Assembly (NCBI GenBank): GCA_028534125.1
Contig: CM052816.1
Span: 29,142,001-29,206,000, forward strand
Reading direction: 5' to 3'
Length of the DNA: 64,000 nt
From: Lama glama
Lineage: Eukaryota
Positions within the stretch are counted from its first letter, which is position 1. Each line of letters begins with the position of its first letter. The notes under the pieces are model-generated. The model ran no database searches and was not told the origin of the DNA. It saw nothing but the letters and a program-made list of their open reading frames with translations. The translations under genes and the position numbers were made by a program. Shown here piece by piece: positions 1 through 10,938 of the stretch.

Positions 1-974
1 ATAAAAGTCAGAAATAATATAATGTCCCTTGTCAACAGGTTTGATGAAGAAAATGAAGCTTGGAAAATTTACACACATCATTTTTTTTTTTTGAGCAAGG
101 CAGAGCAATTTATTTCAGGTCATATTCCAGTAGTAAGGCTCAGTGATGTACGTTTTGCCCTCATATTCTGAGACTGGAAATTGAGAAATTTGCATATATC
201 AGGTATTATAATCAGGACAGATTCTGAAGCTATTAAGAAGGTCTAGGAACTCAGGGTTCCACATTTACATATGTGTGTATAACTATTTTTATATATGCAT
301 GCAGATTATTCAAATCTGACCAAAAATAACACTTTGTAGAAGGCTCTCTCTTCCAACAATCCAAATTCTATCCAATCCTAAATCCCTGTTCAAGGTCTAC
401 CTTCTCTGTGGTCTTCCCTAATAAATCCAGCCCACACTCTTCCTCCTCTCTCAAATCTAACTTCTACCACCATCACACATTCACTGAGTACTTACTGAAG
501 TGCAGGACCTTATTCCTGAAGTCATCAGGCTGTTTCTTAGCTTGAAATAGTTTAAAGCTAGCTGTGAAGACAAGATGCAGACACGACAAAGTGTAAACAA
601 CAGCCCACAGTTACTGTGGCTCACGGGGCAAGTGAACACAGAATGTGGAGGAGGATGGGCTCCCAATAGCTGGGTCAGGCAGAGGCAGGAAGAGTTTATG
701 AAGGAGGCAAGTTCAAGTTTGTTCTTGAAGAAAGGTCCCTCTCATAAGGCCAGAGTGAAAGAGGAAGTCCTGGCAGCATGAACAAGATGTGGAGGCAGAG
801 ATGGACCAACCTAGGACAGACGGGAAGCCTTAAGGGAAGCTCACATGTTCTCTTCATCTGTGGGTTTATCCATCACTAAAGGTGCAGCACCTGTGCTCCA
901 GGTCAATCTCACTAACCAAAGAGAGAAAGAAATGCTATAGTGTATACTAAAATAATTTTATTTAGGTAGCATTA

Positions 975-1362
975 TGTCAGCTGAGGGGGGCTTAAGAGGG
1001 ATTCGAGGAGGTGAGCTGCCCAACCGGAAAAATGTGCGAGGGGCCTCCAAGCCACAAAACAGACCACACGTGGAGGAGCCCACATGGAGCAAAACAGCAT
1101 TTTATTCTAGTTCAACAAGATGGCATGCGCCCACGTGGCACACTTGTCCTGTTTTTATCTTTTCTGTCCACACATGCATATTGTTCATTTCTTTGTTCAT
1201 AACGCTTACAAAACGCTACTAGTGCATGTGTACATTTACTTCTTTGTTCATAATGCTTACATAACTGGCGCGTGCGTACATCTACTTCTTACCTCATACA
1301 CAGGCGAGTTGTTGTGACCTTTGACCTGGGTCCCACAGCCTACTCACTTAAGGCTGTCGACA
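975..1362 (-). mobile_element. Young solo ERV LTR (family not recognised)
   Basis: TGTC...GACA termini; exact 5-bp TSD CATTA (970-974, 1363-1367); minus-strand AATAAA (1101-1106) and GATAAAA TATA-like box (~1152-1159); internal ~50-bp tandem duplication; about 13 CpGs retained. Confidence 0.85.
1315..1327 (-). promoter_or_regulatory. Perfect DR1 nuclear-receptor element (AGGTCA-A-AGGTCA) in the LTR U3
   Basis: Plus strand reads TGACCTTTGACCT; motif match only, function untested. Confidence 0.45.
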
Positions 1363-1731
1363 CATTAGCAAGACAGAAAAAGATGCCAGACTAGTATCCA
1401 CACTGACTGGGGTCCAGTTTTGCTGGCTGTCTAAATTTGGGCCACAAGCTCAATAACAATAAGTCGTTAACTCTCAAATTTGAGGAAGGAGACTTTCATT
1501 TATGAACCATAACACAAACAGTAAAAAAGGGAATAAATTTTCCTTTAAAGTCACAATTGAATTTGAAATCCCCAGCGGGGATGAACTAAAGCAACATAAA
1601 AACATAAATGAGACCTACTCACAAGCGCTAGTTACTTCCTCTTAACCATTAAGGAAAACACGCGTAGATTCACAAAGTTTTATGCTTTGCTAAGAGATAC
1701 TCCGCAGAAACCTGGTTTCCCTTCTAACAGC

Positions 1732-1877
1732 CCAGTGAGTTTCAATCTTGGTTGCATATTAAAAGCACCTGGCAAGTTTTTACCATCCACTGAAAACAGG
1801 GCCCCACCTGATCCACTAACTCAGACTCTTCAGGGGTGGAGCCCAGGCAGATGGATTTCCACAATTAAAAGCCACTG
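1732..1877. mobile_element. MER5-like hAT-Charlie MITE
   Basis: CAGTG...CACTG termini; typical 'ggccccac...actcagactct...ggggtggagcccagg' core. Confidence 0.6.
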
Positions 1878-4800
1878 ACATCTCCCTTCTTCCAACCGCC
1901 AATGGCGTTCCCAGTTTTTCATTCTTAATGGAGGCCACTCAGAGTACCAAGAGCTTTATATATCAAACTCAATCTTACAAAAGTTTTATGACAGAGAATA
2001 CCCCCGTTTATAGATGAAGAAATAAGGTTCATAATAACTAAGTGATTCTGCCTGGTATAACCTAGCTAGGGACTGAACCCATTTTCACACAGATTTACTG
2101 ATTCCTGAAATATCACAAAAGCAATCTGATTCAGTTATCTTAATCTACTATTATCCAAGGGCTCAGTCTATAGCCCTGAGCTGCAGTTGGGAGGGGAGGT
2201 GGGGAGATGGGGAATGGGTATGAACTGCTATGAATGACTTTTGAGTCTATTTAGTCCTAATTTAGGGCAGAAATCACTTAATTTTTAATTTGTTGAGCCA
2301 GGGTTAATTTCTGACTTATTGGGTAGGCTGTTTAAGTGTCATTCCGTCATTCCTGCCCATTTCAAACTGTTCTTCCCATGAGCAGCTTTCACTCATGGGC
2401 CCAGTTTGCCAAGAATTCCCATCATTTTGGGAGCAAGAAAGACTGTAACTTGTTTTTGGAGCCAGTTCTTCTCATGGTACTTATGAAACATTGTTACTTT
2501 AAAACACTGTTCCACTTGAAAAGACATGGATACTGGTAACGAGCCAGTCTGTCCAAGAGTCAACACAGATTTTAAGGTAAAGGATAATACTTTTGAGTTT
2601 CATTTAATCACTTCCATAAGCTCTTGAAAGTGTTTTTAGCATTAACAAAGCCCTGTAAATGAGGGTTTGCATTGTGTTTATAGAACAGAAAATTAAGGGA
2701 CACAATCCTGCCTAACTCATCCAAAAAGGGCCAAAGCAGAGAATCAAAACCACTCCCTATGCAGAGCACTAGGCCCCCATTCTGCAAGTTCTCTGCTATT
2801 TAATTTAAACCCTGGCTCACTCTGTTTTCCCATTCAAACACCAAGAGGAAACACGCCGCACAATTCCAGCTTGAAGATTAGAATGGGGCTCCCAGAGAGA
2901 CTGAAGGAAAACCCAATCCCACACTGAAGATAGGCCCTTAAAAATTCTCTTTTAGTTTTCTTGTTTGTTGCTTGGCATGTCAGCCTGCGTCTCCTAATTC
3001 ATTCCAGCTGTTTCTCCTGAAGGTATAGCGTTTTCTCAAAAGCACAAAGAAATGGTAGATCATCAAATGCTGATCACCAAGTCAAAGGAACGGGATATTG
3101 CTTTTACTGAGGGAAGACACAAAAATGATTATTAGGTATTTGCAGTTTTAAAATAATAGACGAAGCTTTCCCTTTGATGCATAAAAACCTAACCATGTCA
3201 TGATTATATATTCAAAATGGCTGACACGTCTAAGAATTAAAATGTAGAGGACATAATCTCAGGATATGATGTTTTCTGAATATGCTAATCTTAATTGCCA
3301 AGAAATTTGCATTTCACATAATTTGAAGTCTGAATATGAGCATATTTGATATGAATCCAGTATCACCCACAAGTTTATTTTATTATCCTCATCCCTAATT
3401 AAAAAAAGACACAGAACTCTCTAAGGCTAAAATCATAATTCTAAAATTAAAATCACTAATTACAAATCTATCAGCCTACTAATCTTTCAGGCTTAGGAAT
3501 AGATTAGTACATTTTAGCAATATTGGGTTAAAATACCATTAAGTTTAAACTTTTATATTGTTTCCATTTAAATGTCCACCTTTACATGCTTAGGGGTTAA
3601 TTTATTTCTACTTCTTTCTAAAAAAAAAAAAGAGAGACAGAATGAGAAAGGAAAAATGGCAATACTTTCAGCATTACCAATGCAATGAAAATAACTGAAA
3701 CAGTGAGAGAAAAATAAAACACTGTCACACACATGTTTCAGGCTAATATCTTTTCCAAGAAAAACATTTAAAAAAAAATAAAATGAGCCACAGATTGTCT
3801 ACTTAGTGTATCTTCTATATTAAAATGACTGGGAAAAGAAAAAAGGAGCAGAGATCTGATGGGCCATGACAAAATGAAAGCTGCCCTTAGTCACACTGTA
3901 GTCTGCCAAAAATGTTAGGAGTCAGTTCTTCATTCTTCTTTGGTCTCACTTCCCTTGGTTCTGGAAATCACTGAGAGAGCTGCATCATGGAGAAAAAAGC
4001 AGTGCCTGAAACTGTGAGTGTTCACATCAACAAACCAATCAGCTCTTTACAGGACTGGATTTATCAGACCAAAAATGTCAACTTAGTTCAAGTTTAAAAT
4101 TATTTTACTTAATTGCTTTGGAGACTGACCTCTCAAACTCATCTGTCTGTTAGGTACAAACTGTAACTCACCTAAGTTAGAAAGTTGACACTATATCATA
4201 ACCACAGCAGCCCAATTCAACTACCAACAGAACCAACTCCACCATCTGCTAGTCTAAGGATTAGTCCTCAAGCTCTACCAGCTGGTAGAGGAGACAAAAC
4301 AACAAGGAATTGCTAACACGAATTCACCAACCTGACAAGGACGTATATGCAACAGCCTAAGTCCTCAAAATGACTCACCTAGATTTACATATTATACAAA
4401 ACCAAAGCCCCCTCCCTTCCTTGTTCCCTTCTTGACTTCATCCTTGTTCTCTAGTACTACCTCCCTTAGGGTAGTGATGCCTCCCCCTGATTTCCATGAG
4501 CAAATTTGCTTTACACATTCACCTTTTGCTTCATCACGCCCCTCTTGAAGTTGTTTAGTGCTTGGCTTACCAGGTTTGCTGACTGACCTATCCTTCCAGA
4601 TCAGTAACCCTCGGATAACTGGTTTTCTTTCAGTAATATGAAAACAAATTTTGTTTCCAGTATAAATTGTACAAAGAATTGACACCAGTGGCTATTAAAT
4701 ACATCTTTCTGACTTGTCTCTATGCTTGCATTTTTGAGTTTGTTTCTTAGGACAAGTCTATTTTTTCATTAGATTGTTTAAAGCCCACTTATTTCTATAA

Positions 4801-4931
4801 TGTTCTTTGAATTAAATATACTATGATATTTTACTGTCATTTAAATTAGTAATTTGGCTCATCAACCCTAGGTATATTGGATTCAATTTGATAATATTTT
4901 AAATGGTGAGGCTATTAAAGATCTTATTTTC

Positions 4932-5078
4932 TGGGTTTTTTTTTCTTTTTTTTTTTTTTGGAGAAGGGGAGGTAATTAGGTTTATTTATTTATTTATTTT
5001 TAGCGGAGGCACTGGGGATTGAAGCTAGGATCTCGTGCATGCTAAGCACACACTCTACCACCAAGCTATACCCTCCTC
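4932..5078 (-). mobile_element. Vic-1-type camelid tRNA-derived SINE
   Basis: Reverse complement of GGGTATAGCT..GTGGTAGAGTGTGTGCTTAGCATGCACGAG..TTCAATCCCCAGT with AT-rich tail and poly(A); CTTATTTTC repeated at 4923-4931 and 5084-5092. Confidence 0.85.
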
Positions 5079-5214
5079 TCCTCCTTATTTTCCGTAACAT
5101 TGTTTCTTTACTATATGGCACAAGTGGGATTTTACTGTAGTTTCTGTTATCCAGAAATATTGAAATTTTAACATAAAATTTTAGGAGACATCATGAATAA
5201 ATGTAATCTAATTT

Positions 5215-7080
5215 AATTTAAAACATATTTATTGAGTGCCTACTATGTGTCAGGAATGGTTTTCGTCTCTGTAGATACAGCAAAAAACACAACTGATAAT
5301 GTTTCTGCCCTGCTGGGGCTCGACATTCTAGCAGGGTCGTCACAATAAAATGAGCAAATATATGTCATCACACTAAGTGTTTTAAGAATAAAAGAGCATT
5401 GTAAAGAGATAGATGAGACTGAAAAAACACTCTTTATAGATGGAGGTAAGGAACATTCTCCTACTTAGAAAGGTACTTAAGCTGAGATCTAAAAGGAGGA
5501 AGTAAGCAAACTTAACAGATACGTGGGGGAGAAAATTCCAGACATGGGGAGAAGCAGTGTAAAGGCCCTGAGGGGTGAATGTGAATGCTTGATGTGCAAG
5601 GAATAGCAAGGTGGCCACTGTGATGGAGTGGAGGGGAATGGACTATTGTAAGGGGAGATGGCAGATGAGGACACAGAGGTAGCAGGAGTAGAAGAGGAGA
5701 GGGGAGCAGATCATGTTGGGCATTATAAATCAAAGAAAGAGTTTTAGAAATGTGAAACCATCTGAAAATTTTGAAAAGAGAACTGACAACATCTGTCTCC
5801 CAGTTTTAATGCTATATGTAAAAGAGGTTATAAGGGCAGGGTTAGAGCAGAGAGATGCATTAACATGTGACTGCATTTCTAGGCAATAGATCAGGGTACC
5901 TTGGACCAGCATAGTAGTGGTGGAGGAAGTGAACACTTTGATTTAGTAAATACTTTGAAAGGAGAACCAAGAAGGCTATGAATAGACTATTGCTTGTGAG
6001 GTACGCAAGAAAGAAAGATTCAAGGATAACTCCAAAATTTTCACCTGAGCAACAGGAAGAATGAAACTGACAGATATTAAGAAAGAGAATAAAATAGAAG
6101 AACCAATGTAGAGAAAGAAATTAAGAATTTGATTTTACATGGTGGAATTAAAGATAGAACTATTATATGATCCAGCAATTCCACTTCTAAGTATATATCC
6201 AAAGGAGATAAAATCACTATCTCAAAGAGGTATCTGCACTCCCATGTTCACTGTAGCATCATTCACCAGAGCCAAGACATGGAAATAGCTTAAGTGTCTG
6301 TTGATGGATGAATAAACAAAGAAAATGTGTTGTGTACATATACAATGAAATATTATTCAACCACAAAAAGAAGGCAATCCTTCCATCTGTGACAACATGG
6401 ATGAATCCTGAGGGCATTATACTACATGAAATAAGTCAGAGAAAGACAAATACTGTATTATATCACTTACATGGAAACTTTAAAAACATTAAACTCATAG
6501 AAACAGAGAGAAGAATGGTGGTTGCCAAGAGCCTAGGAATGGGGAAATTGGGTAGATAATGGTCAAAGGATCCAGACTTTCTGTATAGATTAATAAGTTT
6601 TGGGGGTATAATTACAGCCTGGTGACTATAGTTAACAATATTGTATGTATACTTGAAAGTTGCTATGAGAGTAGAGCTTTAATGTTCTCATCATGTAACA
6701 AAAACAAAAGGGTGATTATCAGAGGTGAAGGATGTGTTCATTAAACTTATTGTGGTAAATATTTCACAATATATATGCACATCAAATCATCACATTGTAC
6801 ACCTTAAACTTACACAACGTTAATGTCAATTATGTCTCTATCAAGCTGGAAAAATTTCGAAGTTATAAAAGGAGTTTGGATTTGGAGAAGTAAAATTGGG
6901 ATTCCCATTAGTCATTCAAGAGGAGCTGTCACATACGGGCAATGCAAGTCTGGCATTTGATAGGAGAAATCGGGACAAGTAATATAAATTTGGCAATATT
7001 ATATACAGGTGGTCTTTGATTGGGAAAGAGTAAATGACTCTGGAGATAAGGAATTATAGAGAAGACAGAAGGCTGCTTTG
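5215..7080 (-). mobile_element. L2 LINE 3' region, interrupted by an L1
   Basis: L2 3' end signature 'catatttattgagtgcctactatgtgtcagg'; purine-rich L2 body resumes after ~6870. Confidence 0.75.
6146..6855 (+). mobile_element. L1 (L1MA-like) ORF2 end and 3' UTR
   Basis: 'tatgatccagcaattccacttct' and 'acaacatggatgaatcctgagggcattatacta' motifs; L1MA-type 3' UTR ending 'aagctggaaaaa'. Confidence 0.9.
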
Positions 7081-7552
7081 AAGATCCTTGTTTCCCACAT
7101 CCAAAAGGTGAGGGAGAAGACTCAATTTCAAATAATTCAGACAGCCAGGCTTCTTAGTGTCAGAGGGCTCTTGGATAGCTATAGACATTTGATAGTTATC
7201 ATAAGTCCTTTCATTTTCAGAAGAACCGGTACTAATGAAGCTAACATCCTCTATACTTGCTGCAAGGCATCAGCTGTGAGTCTCAACTGATCTGAATCTG
7301 GACAAAACTAGTTCAAGTAATGGCAGAGGTGGACTTCCTTAAAGGGCATTGTGCTTTTCAATAATGTCTTTTAAGATAACCCAAAGGCTCTTCCCAGCCA
7401 CCTGGTGTTTGAGAAATTGGTAGGGCTGCTCTACAGAGTATTTTGATTCTGATGAAGTCTCCTCAAGGAAGCCACAAATGAGGGTTTCTATCATTCAGCC
7501 TATCAGACATTCACCCTCAAAATGAGGACAAATCATTTATTCATTTTTATCC

Positions 7553-8076
7553 AAGGGTAGTAGCCAATATAGGCCTAATGATTCCAAACTCCTGGTATTA
7601 AAACCTTTGTAGTCCCATCTCACTCTGAATAGGGCTGACCTGTGTAATCAATAAAATATTATGAAAATGATGGCATATGACCTCAAAGTCTAGGTCATGA
7701 AAAAAATCAGAGCTTCTACCTTTCTTTCTCTTGAATTACTTGCTTGGGAGATGTCAGCTACCATGTTTCAAGGAAACTTAAGCAGCTCTGGAAAGAAAAG
7801 CACTTGGCAGGACGCTACACCTCCTGACGGCTAGCAAAGAACTGAGACCTCCTATCAACACCATGCGAGTAAGCATCTTAAAAGAAGATTCTCCCCATTC
7901 AAGCCTTCAGATGACTGCAGCCTTGGCCAACAACAATGGCAACAGCATGAGGCCCTCAGTATAACCACCAGTTAAGCTGTCCCCGACTCCAGAACACAGA
8001 ATTGAGAATAATAAAAGCTTGTTGTTCTAAGCTACTAAATTGTGGAGTAATTTGCTACAAAGCAATAGATAACAAA
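7553..8076 (+). mobile_element. MaLR LTR (MLT1F-like)
   Basis: 'ctcctggtatt...gaatagggctgacctgtgtaatcaata' start; 'aagccttcagatgactgcagcc'; 'gctacaaagcaatagataac' end. Confidence 0.8.
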
Positions 8077-8178
8077 TCTCTCCATGGGCTTTACTTTCCT
8101 ATGCCTTTTTTCTCTTGTCTACACATTTGATATGGGGGTTGATTTGGTGCTTCATTTATAGGAGGACAGAAGTTGGAA

Positions 8179-8345
8179 CAGTGGTTCTCCACTGTGGCTG
8201 CATAACGGAAATGACTTGAGAAGGTTGAAAAATACTCACACTTGGTTCCTAACCCCAGAGATTCTCATCTAATTGGTCTGGGATACAGCCTGGACATCAA
8301 ACAACACACCATCTGATTTTAGATGAGATGTGGAGCCAATGTGAC
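8179..8345. mobile_element. MER5-like hAT MITE
   Basis: 'cagtggttctc' terminus; 'ccccagagattctcatctaattggtctggg'. Confidence 0.65.
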
Positions 8346-8689
8346 CTGCCAAACTTCCCTCCAAAAGTGAAAGGTGGGTAAGTGCTTTATTGGTCAGAGT
8401 CTTGTAGATATGGATTCTGCAAAGAGGGTCAGCAATTAAGGTATGTCTCCCATCATTGATTGGTGATTGACACAGAGCCAATAAAATTGTGGCAGGAAGG
8501 GCAGAGGAAAAGCCAGGTAGATCTGGTCTGCTTTCCACCTGTATAAAAAGCTTACATACCACTTAACACCAGCTGCTGTGTGCCTACAGTTTCATGATGG
8601 GTGACTGGAACTATTTTCTTCTTTTCAGCCAAATTTCTACTGCATTCAGTTCTTCTGATGCTCCATACACACCACATTCATATTAGCTA

Positions 8690-9130
8690 ATATACTTTCA
8701 AGTGAACCCAACCCAATCAGCTTAAAAATGAAAATGTATTCTCTCAAATGATACAAACCTCAGAGGTAGGACAGTCCAGGGTTGGTTGAGTGGTTCATTG
8801 ACATCACGTACCCAAGTTCATTCCCTCTGTGTTAAACTCAGGTGTTCCTCACTGGACACAGACTGTCTCAGCTCCTGGAAAGAAAAGAACAGAAGAGAGA
8901 GAACACGTTTTCCAATGTATCTTCTTTTACTAGGAAAAGAAGAAAAAACATTTTAGACACACAAACACTCACGTGCACGTGAACACACACACACACACAG
9001 ACACATGACTTCCCATACATCTCGTTACTGTGAAAACTAAGTTATGTGTTCATTCCAGCCAAAAGATGAAATATAAGAGAAAAACACAATTTCTCAGGCT
9101 GGACACGATCAACCTCACAGAGCTAAGGAT
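8690..9130 (-). mobile_element. Old MaLR LTR (MLT1J/K-like) containing a (CA)n tract
   Basis: Degenerate similarity to antisense MLT1 LTRs. Confidence 0.45.
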
Positions 9131-9215
9131 AGGCTCATACACATATGCTTCCTTCATATTACTGACATCAATGTATTCCATTGATTAGAATACCTTTAAT
9201 TGCATATAACACATA

Positions 9216-10216
9216 TGTATCAGTTAGCTACTGGGTGCTACAAAACATACAAACACAAAATCTCTGTGGCATAAAACAAAAATAATGTATTTCTCAGAAA
9301 TCTGCAGATTAACATGAGATGTTCAGTTCTGTTAAACTCAACTGGACCCACCACCACATATCTGTGTTTCTCAACCAAATCCAAAAATGGGCAGAAGACC
9401 TAAACAAACATTTCTTCATTGATGACATACAAATGGCCAAGAAGCACATGAAAAAAAAATGCTCAATATCATTAGTTACCAGAGAAATGGAAATCAAAAC
9501 TATAATGAGGTGTCACCTCACACCAGTCAGAATGGCCATCATTCAAAAATCCACAAATGACAAATGCTGGAGAGGCTGTGGAGAAAAGGGAACCCTCCTG
9601 CACTGCTGGTGGGAATGGAGTTTGGTGCAGCCACTGTGGAAAACGGTATGGAGATTCCTCAAAAGACTAGGAATAGACTAACTATATGACCCAGTAATCC
9701 CGCTCCTGGGCATCTATCCAGAAGGAACCCCACTTCAAAAAGACACCTGCACCCCAATGTTCACAGCAGCAGTATTTACAATAGCCAAGATATGGAAACA
9801 ACTTAAGTGTGCATCAACAGATGACTGGATAAAGAAGTTGTGGTATATATTCAAATTGTGGGTCCAGCTAGATTTTGCCCCTCACCGCAGGTTGGGCCGA
9901 GGCCTATCGTATAAGTCTTCACTATGAAGTATGGGCTAAGGGAGCAGAAGGTACCCAAAGAAGCTTTCTCATGTCAATAGCAGAAGCATAAGAAAGCAGG
10001 CAGGAATATGATGCCTCCTAAGGTCTAGATTCAGAACTGACACACTATTCTGCCCACCCACATTCCACTGGACAAAGCAAGTTCATGGCCAAGCCCAAAG
10101 TCAAGACATGAGGAAGTACACAACACCTCTCATGAGAAGGACTGCAAAATCACATAGCTAGGAGCTTGAATATAAACACAGGCTAAGGACCAAGGTTGGT
10201 ATTTTTATCTACCACA
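9216..10216 (-). mobile_element. MaLR LTR (MLT1G/H-like) split by an L1 fragment
   Basis: 'tgtatcagttagcta' at one end and 'tctaccaca' at the other; internal 'cattccactggacaaagcaagttcatggccaagccc'. Confidence 0.7.
9371..9850 (+). mobile_element. L1 ORF2 C-terminal fragment lacking 3' UTR and poly(A)
   Basis: Translates as [10 protein letters not shown]...[10 protein letters not shown]...[30 protein letters not shown] (cysteine-rich C-terminus); in-frame stop at ~9681. Confidence 0.92.
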
Positions 10217-10659
10217 GATACTAAATCTGGCTCTGTTAACCAAAAATAAAATTACTGGAAAAGTACTGAGGACTCACACAATCAATGGAAACTTAATGAT
10301 CAGACATACAAAATAAACATCTCTAAAACCCAAGAAGCTGGAAGCACATGAATAATATTTAGCAGTAATAATCTGCCAGCATACCACCACCACTGGACAC
10401 TCTGTCACAGCCACTCCAGTGAACCCAGCTGTCCTTTCTTGTATTTAGTAATTTAAGATTTAAAATCCTTGGCAAAAGCATCCAAGAAGCTAGGTGTCGG
10501 TCATACCCCAGCAGTATTATCAGGATCAAGGACCTGACCGTTTACATTTCCACGCTGGGGAGTAGACATTGCCTCCACCAAGACTATTCATAATTAGAGG
10601 TTCTCTCAAGATATGGGGGGCTTAGAAGTGAGAGAGAAAAGACACAATGTTAAGTGTTC

Positions 10660-10938
10660 AGGAACAGACTCACAACCACAGAAAACAAAACTGTGGTTAC
10701 CAAAAGGGAGAGGGAAGAGGGGAGAAACAAATTAGGGTTTTAGGATTAACACATTCAAACTACTACATATAAAATAGATAAGCAACAAGAATTGACTGTA
10801 TAGCACAGGAAACTACATCCAATATCTTGTAATAACCAGTAATGGAATACAATCTGAAAATAATACTCAATCACTATGCTGTATGCCTGAAACTAACACA
10901 ATATTGTAAATCAACTACACTTCAATTAAAAAAAAAAG
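10660..10938 (+). mobile_element. 5'-truncated cetartiodactyl-type L1 3' UTR
   Basis: 'ctgtatagcacaggaaactacatccaatatcttgtaataacc...tgtaaatcaactacacttcaatt' followed by poly(A). Confidence 0.88.

Noticed and set aside
9319..9681. 120-aa ORF with a Cys/His-rich motif
   Set aside because: L1 ORF2 C-terminal remnant fused by chance to LTR sequence; not a host gene
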